A stretch of DNA of 64,000 bases from Eledone cirrhosa (taxonomy: Eukaryota). Shown piece after piece: positions 51,801-64,000 of this stretch; within the stretch, counting starts at the first letter, position 1, and the number at the start of each line of letters is the position of its first letter. The notes beneath the pieces are model-generated. The model was not told where the DNA came from, did not search any database, and worked only from the letters and a program-made list of their open reading frames with translations. Where the stretch lies: the NCBI GenBank assembly GCA_964016885.1, contig OZ024742.1, positions 151,094,001 to 151,158,000 on the forward strand, in the 5' to 3' direction. The translations under genes were made by a program, and so were the position numbers.

Positions 51801-54506
51801 TGAGGGTAAATTTGAGGATAGCCTAAGTAGGATAGAAGAGGTCCTTGACAAACTGGATCAGGGTCTCAACATCCTACTGCTGGGAGACTTCAACCTACCA
51901 AAGGTCAAATGGCCTGAGGGCCACCTCCTCCCTGGAATGACGTCAATAGAACAGAGACAGACGGAATCCCTGCTGGCCCTCACACACAGGCTGTTCATGG
52001 AGCAAGCAATACTCCTCCCAACAAGAGGCGAAAATGTCCTGGACCTCTGTTTTACAAACAACGAAGTGCTCATCCACAATGTAAAGGTGACACCAACAAT
52101 TCTCTCGGATCATAACTTAGTAGAGATAAAGATATGTGGTCCAAGAGAACCAACAGAGACAAAACCACCAAGAAGCTCCGGGACGCTATCCAGCCTTAAC
52201 TTCTACAAGGCTAACTGGAAAAAGATTAAGAGAGAAATCTGGAAGCAAACATGGAGTGAAAACACCGCCACACAAGACACTAACACACAATTTCAACACT
52301 TCATGACAACGATACACACTATATACAAAAAGTTTGTCCCGGAGAAAGAGGCAAACAGACACAAAAATCTTATTCCCAGAGATAGGAAAATCCTTATGAG
52401 ACGTAGAACTAAACTCTCAAACCAGTTGAATAGTCAACAAAACAAAAACAAGAAGGAATCCTATTTGAAACGTGCACTACTTGACACCGAGATTGCACTC
52501 AAACTTTCCCACGAGAATGAGAGGGCAAAGAAAGAGAACAGGGCCATAGAAAACATTAAAACAAACCCTAAGGCCTTCTTTAAATTTGCAAAAGAAACTG
52601 CCTCAGTAAACTGCAAGATTGGGCCACTCTTCCACACGGACGGTTCATTAACCGAAAACCCCCAAGAGATATGTGAAATACTGAACGAACAGTACAAAAG
52701 TGTCTTCACATGTCCACTGAGGCACATGCAAATAACGAAGCCAGAGGAGTTCTTTGATGCCACAACACTACATCAAGAAATGGCAACCATCAACCACATA
52801 GACATAACGGAGGAGGATGTGGTGTACGCCATTGATGAAATTAGAACAGACTCGGCTGCTGGACCTGATGTATTACCAGCAGTTCTCTTAAAAATATGTA
52901 AGCGGGCCTTAGCAACTCCACTGAAGATGCTCTTCAGAAACTCCTCGGCTAGCGGTGTACTACCCAGGGAGCTGAAAGAAGGTACAATATGCCCTATCCA
53001 TAAAGGAGGTAGCAGAGCGAGGCCAATAACTATAGGCCAGTCTCCCTGACGTCGCATATCACTAAGGTCATGGAGCGAGTCGTCAGAAAGAAACTGATCA
53101 CTTTCCTCGAGAAAAATGACCGCCTGACTAGCACGCAACATGGCTTCCGCCCAGGAAGAAGCTGCCTTACACAGCTGCTACATCACTACGACTGGGTACT
53201 GAGACAACTACTAGACAGCTCACATGTGGACGTGATATATCTTGACTTTGCGAAGGCCTTTGACAAGGTCGACCACGGAATGATATGTCACAAACTACAC
53301 GGACTCGGCATAACTGGAAAAGTAGGTGAGTGGCTGCATGGCTTCCTAAGGGACAGAAGCAAGGCAGTCGCAGCAAATGGGACCATCTCGAGGGAAACAC
53401 CAATAACAAGTGGGGTGCCCCAGGGGACAGTCCTGGGACCACTACTGTTTTTGGTGGCTCTCTCAGACATGCCCTCTGTAGTACATACAACAACATCCCT
53501 CACTAGCTATGCTGATGACACTAAGGTAGCACAGGCAATCAAAAACCCGGCTGACGCTGCCCTTTTACAGCAGGATCTGGATGCCATATACAAATGGGCG
53601 GAAGAAAACAACATGCAGTTTAATGCTGGCAAATTCCAAGCCCTACAATACAAACCTCCAAACAAACCTGCAAACACAAATATAGTGGAACACAACTACA
53701 CAGGACCAGGAGGGACCGATATCCCCGTGTCAAAATCGATACGATATCTGGGCATAGACATGAGCGATGATGCATCTTTTTCTTCACACATCATGAAAGT
53801 GGCGACAACGTGCAGACGACTCGCTGGCTGGATCTTGAGGACTTTCCGGACAAGAGATCGAGACACCATGTTGACACTATGGAGGACATTTGTCCTAAGC
53901 CGCCTGGACTACTGCTCCCAGTTGTGGTCACCCATAGTGTCAAACTAACCACGGAGCTTGAGGCAATCCAGCGAAGCTACACCAAGAGGATTGCCAAGAT
54001 GAGGGAGACAAGCTACTGGGAGAGGCTAAAGGAAGTGAACCTCTACTCCTTGGAGCGAAGACAGGAGAGATACGCAGTCATCTACATGTGGAAAATCCTG
54101 GAGGGACTAGCACCAAACTTTGGCATTGGGAGCTGGACCAACCGTCGAACAGGACGTCACTGTGTGGTGCCAAAGGTCCCGTCTTCCACATCTAGAATAA
54201 GGAGCAAGTATTGCAATAGCCTGGGATTCAAGGGCCCTCAAATCTTCAACAGGCTGCCGAGGGATCTGAGAGACTTGCATGACGTGGAGGTGGATGTCTT
54301 CAAGAAACATCTCGACACCTTGTTATCCAGGATCCCGGATGAGCCCACAGCAAGACACGAGGGAAACCTAAGGGCAGCAGCAACAAACTCCCTCTTACAC
54401 CAGTGGCCAACCTATACAGGCTGGAGATAGAATGTGTAGCAACAAGGGCGGTGCCCCAGCATGGCCTCAGCCGGATGGCTGAAACAGGTAAAAGAGTAAA
54501 AGAGTA
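51801..54506 (+). mobile_element. CR1-group LINE family A, longest copy (partial APE plus RT, two frameshifts)
   Basis: ORFs 51778-53049 (GDFNLP, SDH), 53070-53948 (YADD) and 53810-54430 are consecutive pieces of ORF2; (GTAAAAGA)2 tail. Confidence 0.9.
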
Positions 54507-54626
54507 TATGTAAACATTTATATATATATATATATATATAAACATATATATATATATATATATAAACATATATACATATATATAAACATATATACATATA
54601 TATATATAAACATATAAACATATATA

Positions 54627-54675
<49 letters not shown>

Positions 54676-55386
54676 AGATTTGAATGGATACAGTTTAGTT
54701 GAAAGGAATTTATTGACACGTGTTTCTATAACAGTTACATAACCTAAAACAGCTATCTACAAACTTTTAGTTATGCAGACATTCAATATTTCAATGTTAT
54801 TATTTACTGTCATTTCATCAGAATAATATTACTGAGGACCTATTTAGTTTTTATAGAGAATATTAGGAGGGAGGGGTGAAGTTGTTAGAAGAATAGTTGA
54901 AGGAGTGGTTTTTCGATAGCAGTGAGAATTCTTGGTGGCAGTGAGTAATTAGATTCCCATCTGTTGTTTTGACATTTTTTATAGAATATATTATTGGTTA
55001 TTTTTCTAAATCTATAGAAGGATTAGAGATAGTAAAGATATGCGTGGTTGGTTTTGTGTTTGCACTTAACATTCAGACTTAAATTTTTCTTTCAAGTGTA
55101 CGTATTCTTTCACCCACGCATTCACACACAAATATATTTGCACACCTCTACAAAATACATATACTCACAATTCACATATTCATACTTACATATATATACA
55201 CATGCATACACATATATATACACACATGTATTCATGTACATACATACGCGCTCATGTGTATACATTTTCATACTCAACTTATCTTTATATATACACACGT
55301 ATAGACACACACATATATACATACATACTCTAGTCCATGTGTACACACATACACATACATACACATCCATATACACATACATACAT

Positions 55387-55481
<95 letters not shown>

Positions 55482-56593
55482 CACATATATACATACACAC
55501 ACACACATATATATATATATAAGCACTTTAATACATGAATACACTTACATCTAACTATACACATCAAACATATATATATATTTACTTATTTATATACATT
55601 TTCACATATATATACATACTTATGGACGTTTTTATACACATTCATTATCGCATATTTGTACCTATTCTCGTCAGCATATCTTTTCATTATTAGTATGGTA
55701 ATTTAAGGTTATTAATATATGTTGAGAAGAGATTGTTTTTATATTTTTCTAACTAGATTAAGGTTTATATAGTTGGGGGATGTCCCTCTTTTATGTAATA
55801 TTCTGCTTGTAGTGGGAAAAAAGGGTTTTAGTTCTGTGACGGCAGAATAATGTTCGTTCAATTCTGTTATTCAGCAGTTTCTTCTTGTGTGTGATTATGT
55901 AATAAATCTCAAGATTACACAATTTGCAGAAATTTTGGCTCCTGGAAAAGCTTTGGGTTTTAGCTAATTTTTCCCATTTTAGGGTAAACTTTTGATTGCT
56001 ATCCCTGAGCGTCCAAGCTTTTTCTGCTAAAGTTGTTACATTTCTTTGGCTCTGGTGTTTTATTGAGTAAGAATGCCTATACAATCGAGATTTAAACGAT
56101 GTTGCCGTTGATCCCACGTAATACCACTCGTTGCCTCCGGATTTAATGGTACACTTATAAATAATATTTTTTTCCAGGCAGTTATTGCACACAAGAAGAA
56201 ACTGCTGAATAACAGAATTGAACGAACATTATTCTGCCGTCACAGAACTAAAACCCTTTTTTCCCACTACAAGCAGAATATTACATAAAAGAGGGACATC
56301 CCCCAACTATATAAACCTTAATCTAGTTAGAAAAATATAAAAACAATCTCTTCTCAACATATATTAATAACCTTAAATTACCATACTAATAATGAAAAGA
56401 TATGCTGACGAGAATAGGTACAAATATGCGATAATAAATGTGTATAAAAACGTCCATAAGTATGTATATATATGTGAAAATGTATATAAATAAGTAAATA
56501 TATATATATGTTTGATGTGTATAGTTAGATGTAAGTGTATTCATGTATTAAAGTGCTTATATATATATATATGTGTGTGTGTGTATGTATGTG

Positions 56594-56688
<95 letters not shown>

Positions 56689-57244
56689 ATGTATGTATGT
56701 GTATATGGATGTGTATGTATGTGTATGTGTGTACACATGGACTAGAGTATGTATGTATATATGTGTGTGTCTATACGTGTGTATATATAAAGATAAGTTG
56801 AGTATGAAAATGTATACACATGAGCGCGTATGTATGTACATGAATACATGTGTGTATATATATGTGTATGCATGTGTATATATATGTAAGTATGAATATG
56901 TGAATTGTGAGTATATGTATTTTGTAGAGGTGTGCAAATATATTTGTGTGTGAATGCGTGGGTGAAAGAATACGTACACTTGAAAGAAAAATTTAAGTCT
57001 GAATGTTAAGTGCAAACACAAAACCAACCACGCATATCTTTACTATCTCTAATCCTTCTATAGATTTAGAAAAATAACCAATAATATATTCTATAAAAAA
57101 TGTCAAAACAACAGATGGGAATCTAATTACTCACTGCCACCAAGAATTCTCACTGCTATCGAAAAACCACTCCTTCAACTATTCTTCTAACAACTTCACC
57201 CCTCCCTCCTAATATTCTCTATAAAAACTAAATAGGTCCTCAGT

Positions 57245-57368
57245 AATATTATTCTGATGAAATGACAGTAAATAATAACATTGAAATATTGAATGTCTGC
57301 ATAACTAAAAGTTTGTAGATAGCTGTTTTAGGTTATGTAACTGTTATAGAAACACGTGTCAATAAATT
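57245..57368 (+). ncRNA. Type-I hammerhead of N2 with branched, expanded helix II
   Basis: TTATT-CTGATGA-A-ATGACAGT..[two hairpins]..ACTGTTAT-A-GAAA-CACGTG-TC-AATAA. Confidence 0.75.
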
Positions 57369-57569
57369 CCTTTCAACTAAACTGTATCCATTCAAATCTT
57401 TCTATTTTTCTCCGGATTACTTTTGGAACTACAACTGGAACCGTCGAGCAAACTCTACGTGAGCTGATAATCTACTGTGTGTAATATTTATATTACAACA
57501 CAACGGAAAATACTGTATATTTACCTCCTGTAAAGTCGAGCAACCCACACAGCAAACGCAACCACAACA

Positions 57570-59891
57570 ATGGAAAAACACTACCTGGATATGTCACTCA
57601 AAAACATACCAACCCAAGGTAGAAGGGAATATTTATTGAGCATGATTCAAAAAACTAATGAATTCATTCGACGTGTCAGGTGGAAAACGCTCCACTATGA
57701 TAGAAGCCGTATGAACTCAACATTAGAAAGTGGTGTAAACAACAAATTCGGTTTTAGGACTTGTAAAAACCCACCCACCAACCCACTATTAGATGCATTT
57801 GAGCAGGACCTTATGAACTTAATCCCTAAAATTAAATTCAAAGGACGCAACACCAACAGCAAATTACAGAAAGATATAAAAAAACTACTGGACGACCTTA
57901 AAAACACCAAAGGAATTGTAGTAAAAGCGGACAAAACATCAAACCTGTACACTATGGATTGCACTACATAAAACAACTTCATTCGAAAAGAATTACATAA
58001 AAAATATAGAAAAACGAGTGAAGTAACCCTTAAGCACATCAATGATGAGGCATGCGAAATAGTGAAAAATCTCGGAATCGAAGATAGGACAGGACCACTC
58101 TTACCGGCGGTACCCACCTTCAATCTTAAGGACCACAAGGTAAACTTTGATAATGACCCTAAAATTAGATTAATCTGCCCCTCTAAATCAGATATAGGTA
58201 AAATAAGCAAATATATCTGAGATAGAATCATCCCCCAAATTAAGGCTAAGGTTAACATTAAACTCTGGGGGAAGACCCAAGAAGCAATAAGATGGTTTAA
58301 TAGCATTAGCAATAGGAATAAATCTAAGTTTATCCAGTTTGATATTGATGAATATTACTCATCGATATCACCTGAAACTTTGAATAGAGCCATTAAGTTT
58401 GCTAAGGATAACTCTGACCTTACAAACGATGAAATTAAGATTATATTAGAAGCTAGGAAAACTATAGTCAAATTTGAGAACAGTTATTGGGTACGTAAAG
58501 ATAGACCCTCTAACTTTGACATAACAATGGGCTCTAACGATTCGGCGGAAATAACTGATATTGTGGGGTTATTTATCGCCTTTAGACTCCAGGAAAAATT
58601 CAGCAATCTCCACGGCGGAATATACCGCGACGATGTTCTCCTCCTAGCTAAAAACCTTAATAACCAAAAACTAGAAAAACTACGCAAAGATATAAGAAAA
58701 CTACTACTCGAAATAGGACTAACTATAACATATGAATACAACCTTAAAGTAGTTAACTTCCTGGATGTCACACTCAATTTAAACTCTGGTTTGATTAAAC
58801 CGTTTCACAAATTGAATGAAAATCTCAAATACGTAAATGTTGGGTCTAACCACCCCATCTCTATAATTAAATCTATCCCTAAAAATATTTCCCTTAGAAT
58901 CTCGGGTCTATCTTCTAACATACAAGTATTTAAGGAACACGCCGAGTACTACGATAACGCCCTTAGTAAAGCAGGCTACCTCAACAAAATAGAGTACATA
59001 GATGGGAACAATCAAAACACCCAAAATAAATCCCACATAGGTAGATATAATAACACAACACCAAACCACACTTACTACCATAGTATGCACACCAGTAAAC
59101 CAACAAACAAAACTAATAGAAAGCGATGCAAAGAGTACTTATGGTATAACCCCGAATACAATAGCTCCATTAGTACAAATTTACCAGTACTCTTCTTTAA
59201 AATAATTAAACGACATTTTCCCACATCACACAAATACCACAAAATCCTAAACCCTACCACTATAAGACTGTCATACTCTACAGCGTTAAACCTTGAACAA
59301 CACATAAAAAAGATCAATACTAGAAGGCTAAACGAAAACACTAAGAACTTAAGTACAAAGAACCCCCAAAAAACAGTAGACAATACACTACAGAACATAA
59401 ATAAACCACACCTAAGTTCGTCCGCAATACTACTCCAGAGAAAACCCAACGTACACAACTGTAACTGCACCTATCCTGACAACTGCCCCCTCGGCAATAA
59501 CTGCCTGGAAAAAAATATTATTTATAAGTGTACCATTAAATCCGGAGGCAACGAGTGGTATTACGTGGGATCAACGGCAACATCGTTTAAATCTCGATTG
59601 TATAGGCATTCTTACTCAATAAAACACCAGAGCCAAAGAAATGTAACAACTTTAGCAGAAAAAGCTTGGACGCTCAGGGATAGCAATCAAAAGTTTACCC
59701 TAAAATGGGAAAAATTAGCTAAAACCCAAAGCTTTTCCAGGAGCCAAAATTTCTGCAAATTGTGTAATCTTGAGATTTATTACATAATCACACACAAGAA
59801 GAAACTGCTGAATAACAGAATTGAACGAACATTATTCTGCCGTCACAGAACTAAAACCCTTTTTTCCCACTACAAGCAGAATATTACATAA
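57570..59891 (+). pseudogene. Full-length N2 RT/GIY-YIG ORF (773 codons) with two nonsense codons
   Basis: ATG start, SLKNIP..Y..K..FIRRVRWK N-terminus typical of Naiads, GGIYRDD, CNC..CPLGNNC, IIYKC..YVGST; in-frame TAA 57969-57971 and TGA 58218-58220. Confidence 0.92.
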
Positions 59892-60203
59892 AAGAGGGAC
59901 ATCCCCCAACTATATAAACCTTAATCTAGTTAGAAAAATATAAAAACAATCTCTTCTCAACATATATTAATAACCTTAAATTACCATACTAATAATGAAA
60001 AGATATGCTGACGAGAATAGGTACAAATATGCGATAATGAATGTGTATAAAAACGTCCATAAGTATGTATATATATGTGAAAATGTATATAAATAAGTAA
60101 ATATATATATATGTTTGATGTGTATAGTTAGATGTAAGTGTATTCATGTATTAAAGTGCTTATATATATATATAATATGTGTGTGTGTGTATGTATATAT
60201 GTG

Positions 60204-60296
<93 letters not shown>

Positions 60297-61121
60297 ATGT
60301 ATGTATGTGTATATGGATGTGTATGTATGTGTATGTGTGTACACATGGACTAGAGTATGTATGTATATATGTGTGTGTCTATTACGTGTGTATATATAAA
60401 GATAAGTTGAGTATGAAAATGTATACACATGAGCGCGTATGTATGTACATGAATACATGTGTGTATATATATGTGTATGCATGTGTATATATATGTAAGT
60501 ATGAATATGTGAATTGTGAGTATATGTATTTTGTAGAGGTGTGCAAATATATTTGTGTGTGAATGCGTGGGTGAAAGAATACGTACACTTGAAAGAAAAA
60601 TTTAAGTCTGAATGTTAAGTGCAAACACAAAACCAACCACGCATATCTTTACTATCTCTAATCCTTCTATAGATTTAGAAAAATAACCAATAATATATTC
60701 TATAAAAAATGTCAAAACAACAGATGGGAATCTAATTACTCACTGCCACCAAGAATTCTCACTGCTATCGAAAAACCACTCCTTCAACTATTCTTCTAAC
60801 AACTTCACCCCTCCCTCCTAATATTCTCTATAAAAACTAAATAGGTCCTCAGTAATATTATTCTGATGAAATGACAGTAAATAATAACATTGAAATATTG
60901 AATGTCTGCATAACTAAAAGTTTGTAGATAGCTGTTTTAGGTTATGTAACTGTTATAGAAACACGTGTCAATAAATTCCTTTCAACTAAACTGTATCCAT
61001 TCAAATCTTTCTATTTTTCTCCGGATTACTTTTGGAACTACAACTGGAACCGTCGAGCAAACTCTACGTGAGCTGATAATCTACTGTGTGTAATATTTAT
61101 ATTACAACACAACGGAAAATA

Positions 61122-61126
<5 letters not shown>

Positions 61127-61175
<49 letters not shown>

Positions 61176-62745
61176 ATATATATATATATATAAACATATA
61201 TATATATATATAAACATATATATATATAAACATATATATAAACATATATATAAACATATATATATATAAACATATATATAAATATAAACATATATATATA
61301 AATATATAAACATATATATATATAAACATATATATATATATAAACATATATATATATATAAACATATATATATATATAAACATATATAAATATATAAACA
61401 TATATATATAAACATATATAAATATATAAACATATATATATATCAACATATATATATATAAACATATATATATAAATATATAAACATATATATATATATA
61501 TATAAACATATATATATATATAAACATATATATATATATATATATATATATAAACATATATATATATAAATAAACATATATATATATAAATAAACATATA
61601 TATATATAAATAAACATATATATATATAAACATATATATATATACATATAAACATATATATATATATATATAAACATGAATATATATATATAAACATATA
61701 TATATATATCTATAAACATATATATATATATCTATAAACATATATATATATATATAAACATATATATATATATATAAACATATATATATATATCTATAAA
61801 CATATATATATATATCTATAAACATATATATATATATAAACATATATATATATATATAAACATATATATATATATATAAACATATATATATATATAAACA
61901 TATATATATATAAACATATATATATAACCATATATATATATATATATAAACACATATATATATATATAAATATATATATATATAAACATATATATATATA
62001 TATATAACCATATATATATATAAACATATATATATATAAACATATATATATATATATATAAACATATATATATATAAATAAACATATATATATATAAATA
62101 AACATATATATATATAAATAAACATATATATATATAAATAAACATAAACATATATATATATAAATAAACATATATATATATAAATAAACATATATATATA
62201 TATAAACATATATATATATATATATATATATATAAACATATATATTTATATATATATAAACATTATATATATATATATATATGTTTATATAAACATATAT
62301 ATATATATATAAACATATATATATATATATAAACATATATGTATATATGTATATATATAAACATATATATATATATAAACATATATATATATATATATAA
62401 ACATATATATATATATATAAACATATATATATATATATATAAACATATATATATATAAATAAACATATATATATATAAATAAACATATATATATATATAA
62501 ACATATATATATATATAAACATATATATATATATAAACATATATGTATATATATATATATATAAACATACATATATATATAAACATATATATATATATAT
62601 ATAAACATATATATATATATAAACACATATATATATATATAAACATATATATATATAAATAAACATATATATATATAAATAAACATATATATATATAAAT
62701 AAACATATATATATATAAATAAACATATATATATATATATATATA

Positions 62746-62781
<36 letters not shown>

Positions 62782-62865
62782 TATATAAACATATATATAT
62801 ATATAAACATATATATATATATAAACATATATGTATATATATATATATAAACATATATATATATA

Positions 62866-62902
<37 letters not shown>

Positions 62903-62908
62903 ATATAT

Positions 62909-62940
<32 letters not shown>

Positions 62941-63123
62941 TTATAAACATATATATATATAAATAAACATATATATATAAATAAACATATATATATATAT
63001 AAACATATATATATATAAACATATATATATATATAAACATATATATATATATATATATATATAAACATATATATATATATATATAAACATATATATATAT
63101 ATAAACATATATATATATATATA

Positions 63124-63192
<69 letters not shown>
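61127..63192. repeat. ~2-kb (TA)n microsatellite with AAAC interruptions
   Basis: Direct reading. Confidence 0.97.
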
Positions 63193-63196
<4 letters not shown>

Positions 63197-63296
63197 TGAA
63201 ATTTCAGTTAGAAACAGAAAAGGTCATAGAAATGAAGAGTGCTCTATGTCAGTATCAGAGCAAAATTTAATGTATAAAATCAATACAATATTATTA

Positions 63297-63366
63297 CCTC
63301 ATTACCAGAGGTTTCCCGAATGAGGCGAATACGAAATAAACGACTTCATTCGTTCGTCAGACGAGG
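63297..63366 (-). ncRNA. Type-I hammerhead in a PLE-like 3' UTR (63193-64000, continues beyond window)
   Basis: CCTCGT-CTGACGA-[CGAATGA..TCATTCG]-GAAA-CCTCTGG-TA-ATGAGG. Confidence 0.78.
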
Positions 63367-64000
63367 CGATATAAAACATGGGCAAATACTTAGAAAAACA
63401 CATCAAGAAAATCAAAAAAATATATAGATAAATGAAATAGAAATTGAAATATATAAAATACTATCAAGAAAAATAGATAGGTGTATGTATGTGTATGTAT
63501 ATACGCTCATAGATGTGCATATATGTATATGTGCACGTGTAAATGTATGGTTGGAAAGTGTGCGTAATTATAAAAATAAAAGTTTAGGGCAAATGCATCT
63601 ATATGTCTGTATTATGCAGACGGAAATGGTTACTTCGTAAAAATAAGAAAATAAAGTCGCGTGCATAAAAACGCCTGGCGACTCGTACATTTAGATACGT
63701 AAAGTAAGGAGATGAAGAGAGTATAATAAATAAAAGAAAAGTATCTATTACGATATATTTATAAAAATATAGTAACGATAAATTAGAAAGACAAGATAAA
63801 AAGAAAAAATTAAAGAAAACAAAAAAAGCGGGGGTACATACATACACAGACACGCGTGTCTCACAAAAGAAATGTAAAGATAATTATGCTTATATACACA
63901 CACGCGCTTACACTTCCATACGTTCGATACGTACATACAGACACACACACACACACACATACTTATACTCGCGCATATAAACCTGTTTGCATGCCCATGT

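Larger units (their letters stand above)
54671..61126 (+). mobile_element. Naiad-type PLE N2: inverted arm plus partial tandem with a full monomer (~3609 bp)
   Basis: Minus arm 54671-56188; upstream pseudo-LTR 56188-57517; ORF; downstream copy to 61126; HHRs at 54707-54830(-), 57245-57368(+), 60854-60977(+). Confidence 0.92.

Noticed and set aside
57245-57290. SECIS-like ATGA..AAA..GA hairpin, or alternative compact HHR, in the N2 UTR
   Set aside because: ATGA-to-AA spacing is short and pairing weak; the compact HHR fold lacks helix I, whereas the long fold has all three helices.
58218-58220. In-frame TGA as selenocysteine (some Naiads encode selenoproteins)
   Set aside because: It aligns with Leu in K.ILDR of N1 and N3, not Cys; a TAA also interrupts the frame; conserved Cys codons are TGT/TGC.

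Overview
Eukaryotic, gene-free repeat nest. A Meta-domain tRNA SINE and a (GAT)n-tailed SINE-like repeat resemble octopus/cephalopod repeats (inference). The window is a (TA)n microsatellite field packed with retroelements. It holds four Naiad-type Penelope-like element (PLE) families with coding remnants (RT plus C-terminal GIY-YIG), one further PLE family, several non-coding PLE-like 3' ends, and two CR1-group LINE families (one with an intact 1006-aa EN-RT ORF). It also holds a non-autonomous Helitron, SINEs and a GATA-core minisatellite. Reading both strands by eye gives about 30 type-I hammerhead ribozyme (HHR) motifs from about 11 families. Twelve lie in a near-identical 467-bp tandem array that folds back on itself (37.6-43.5 kb) and looks like a non-LTR retrozyme. 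Most HHR-bearing insertions share one architecture: two overlapping arms in inverted orientation with both 3' ends pointing outward into (TA)n. One arm stops at an 'inner' and the other at an 'outer' site downstream of the ribozyme, and these sites recur within families. Coordinates were read manually and may be off by a few bases; family labels N1-N4, P, F5, F6, A and B are mine.
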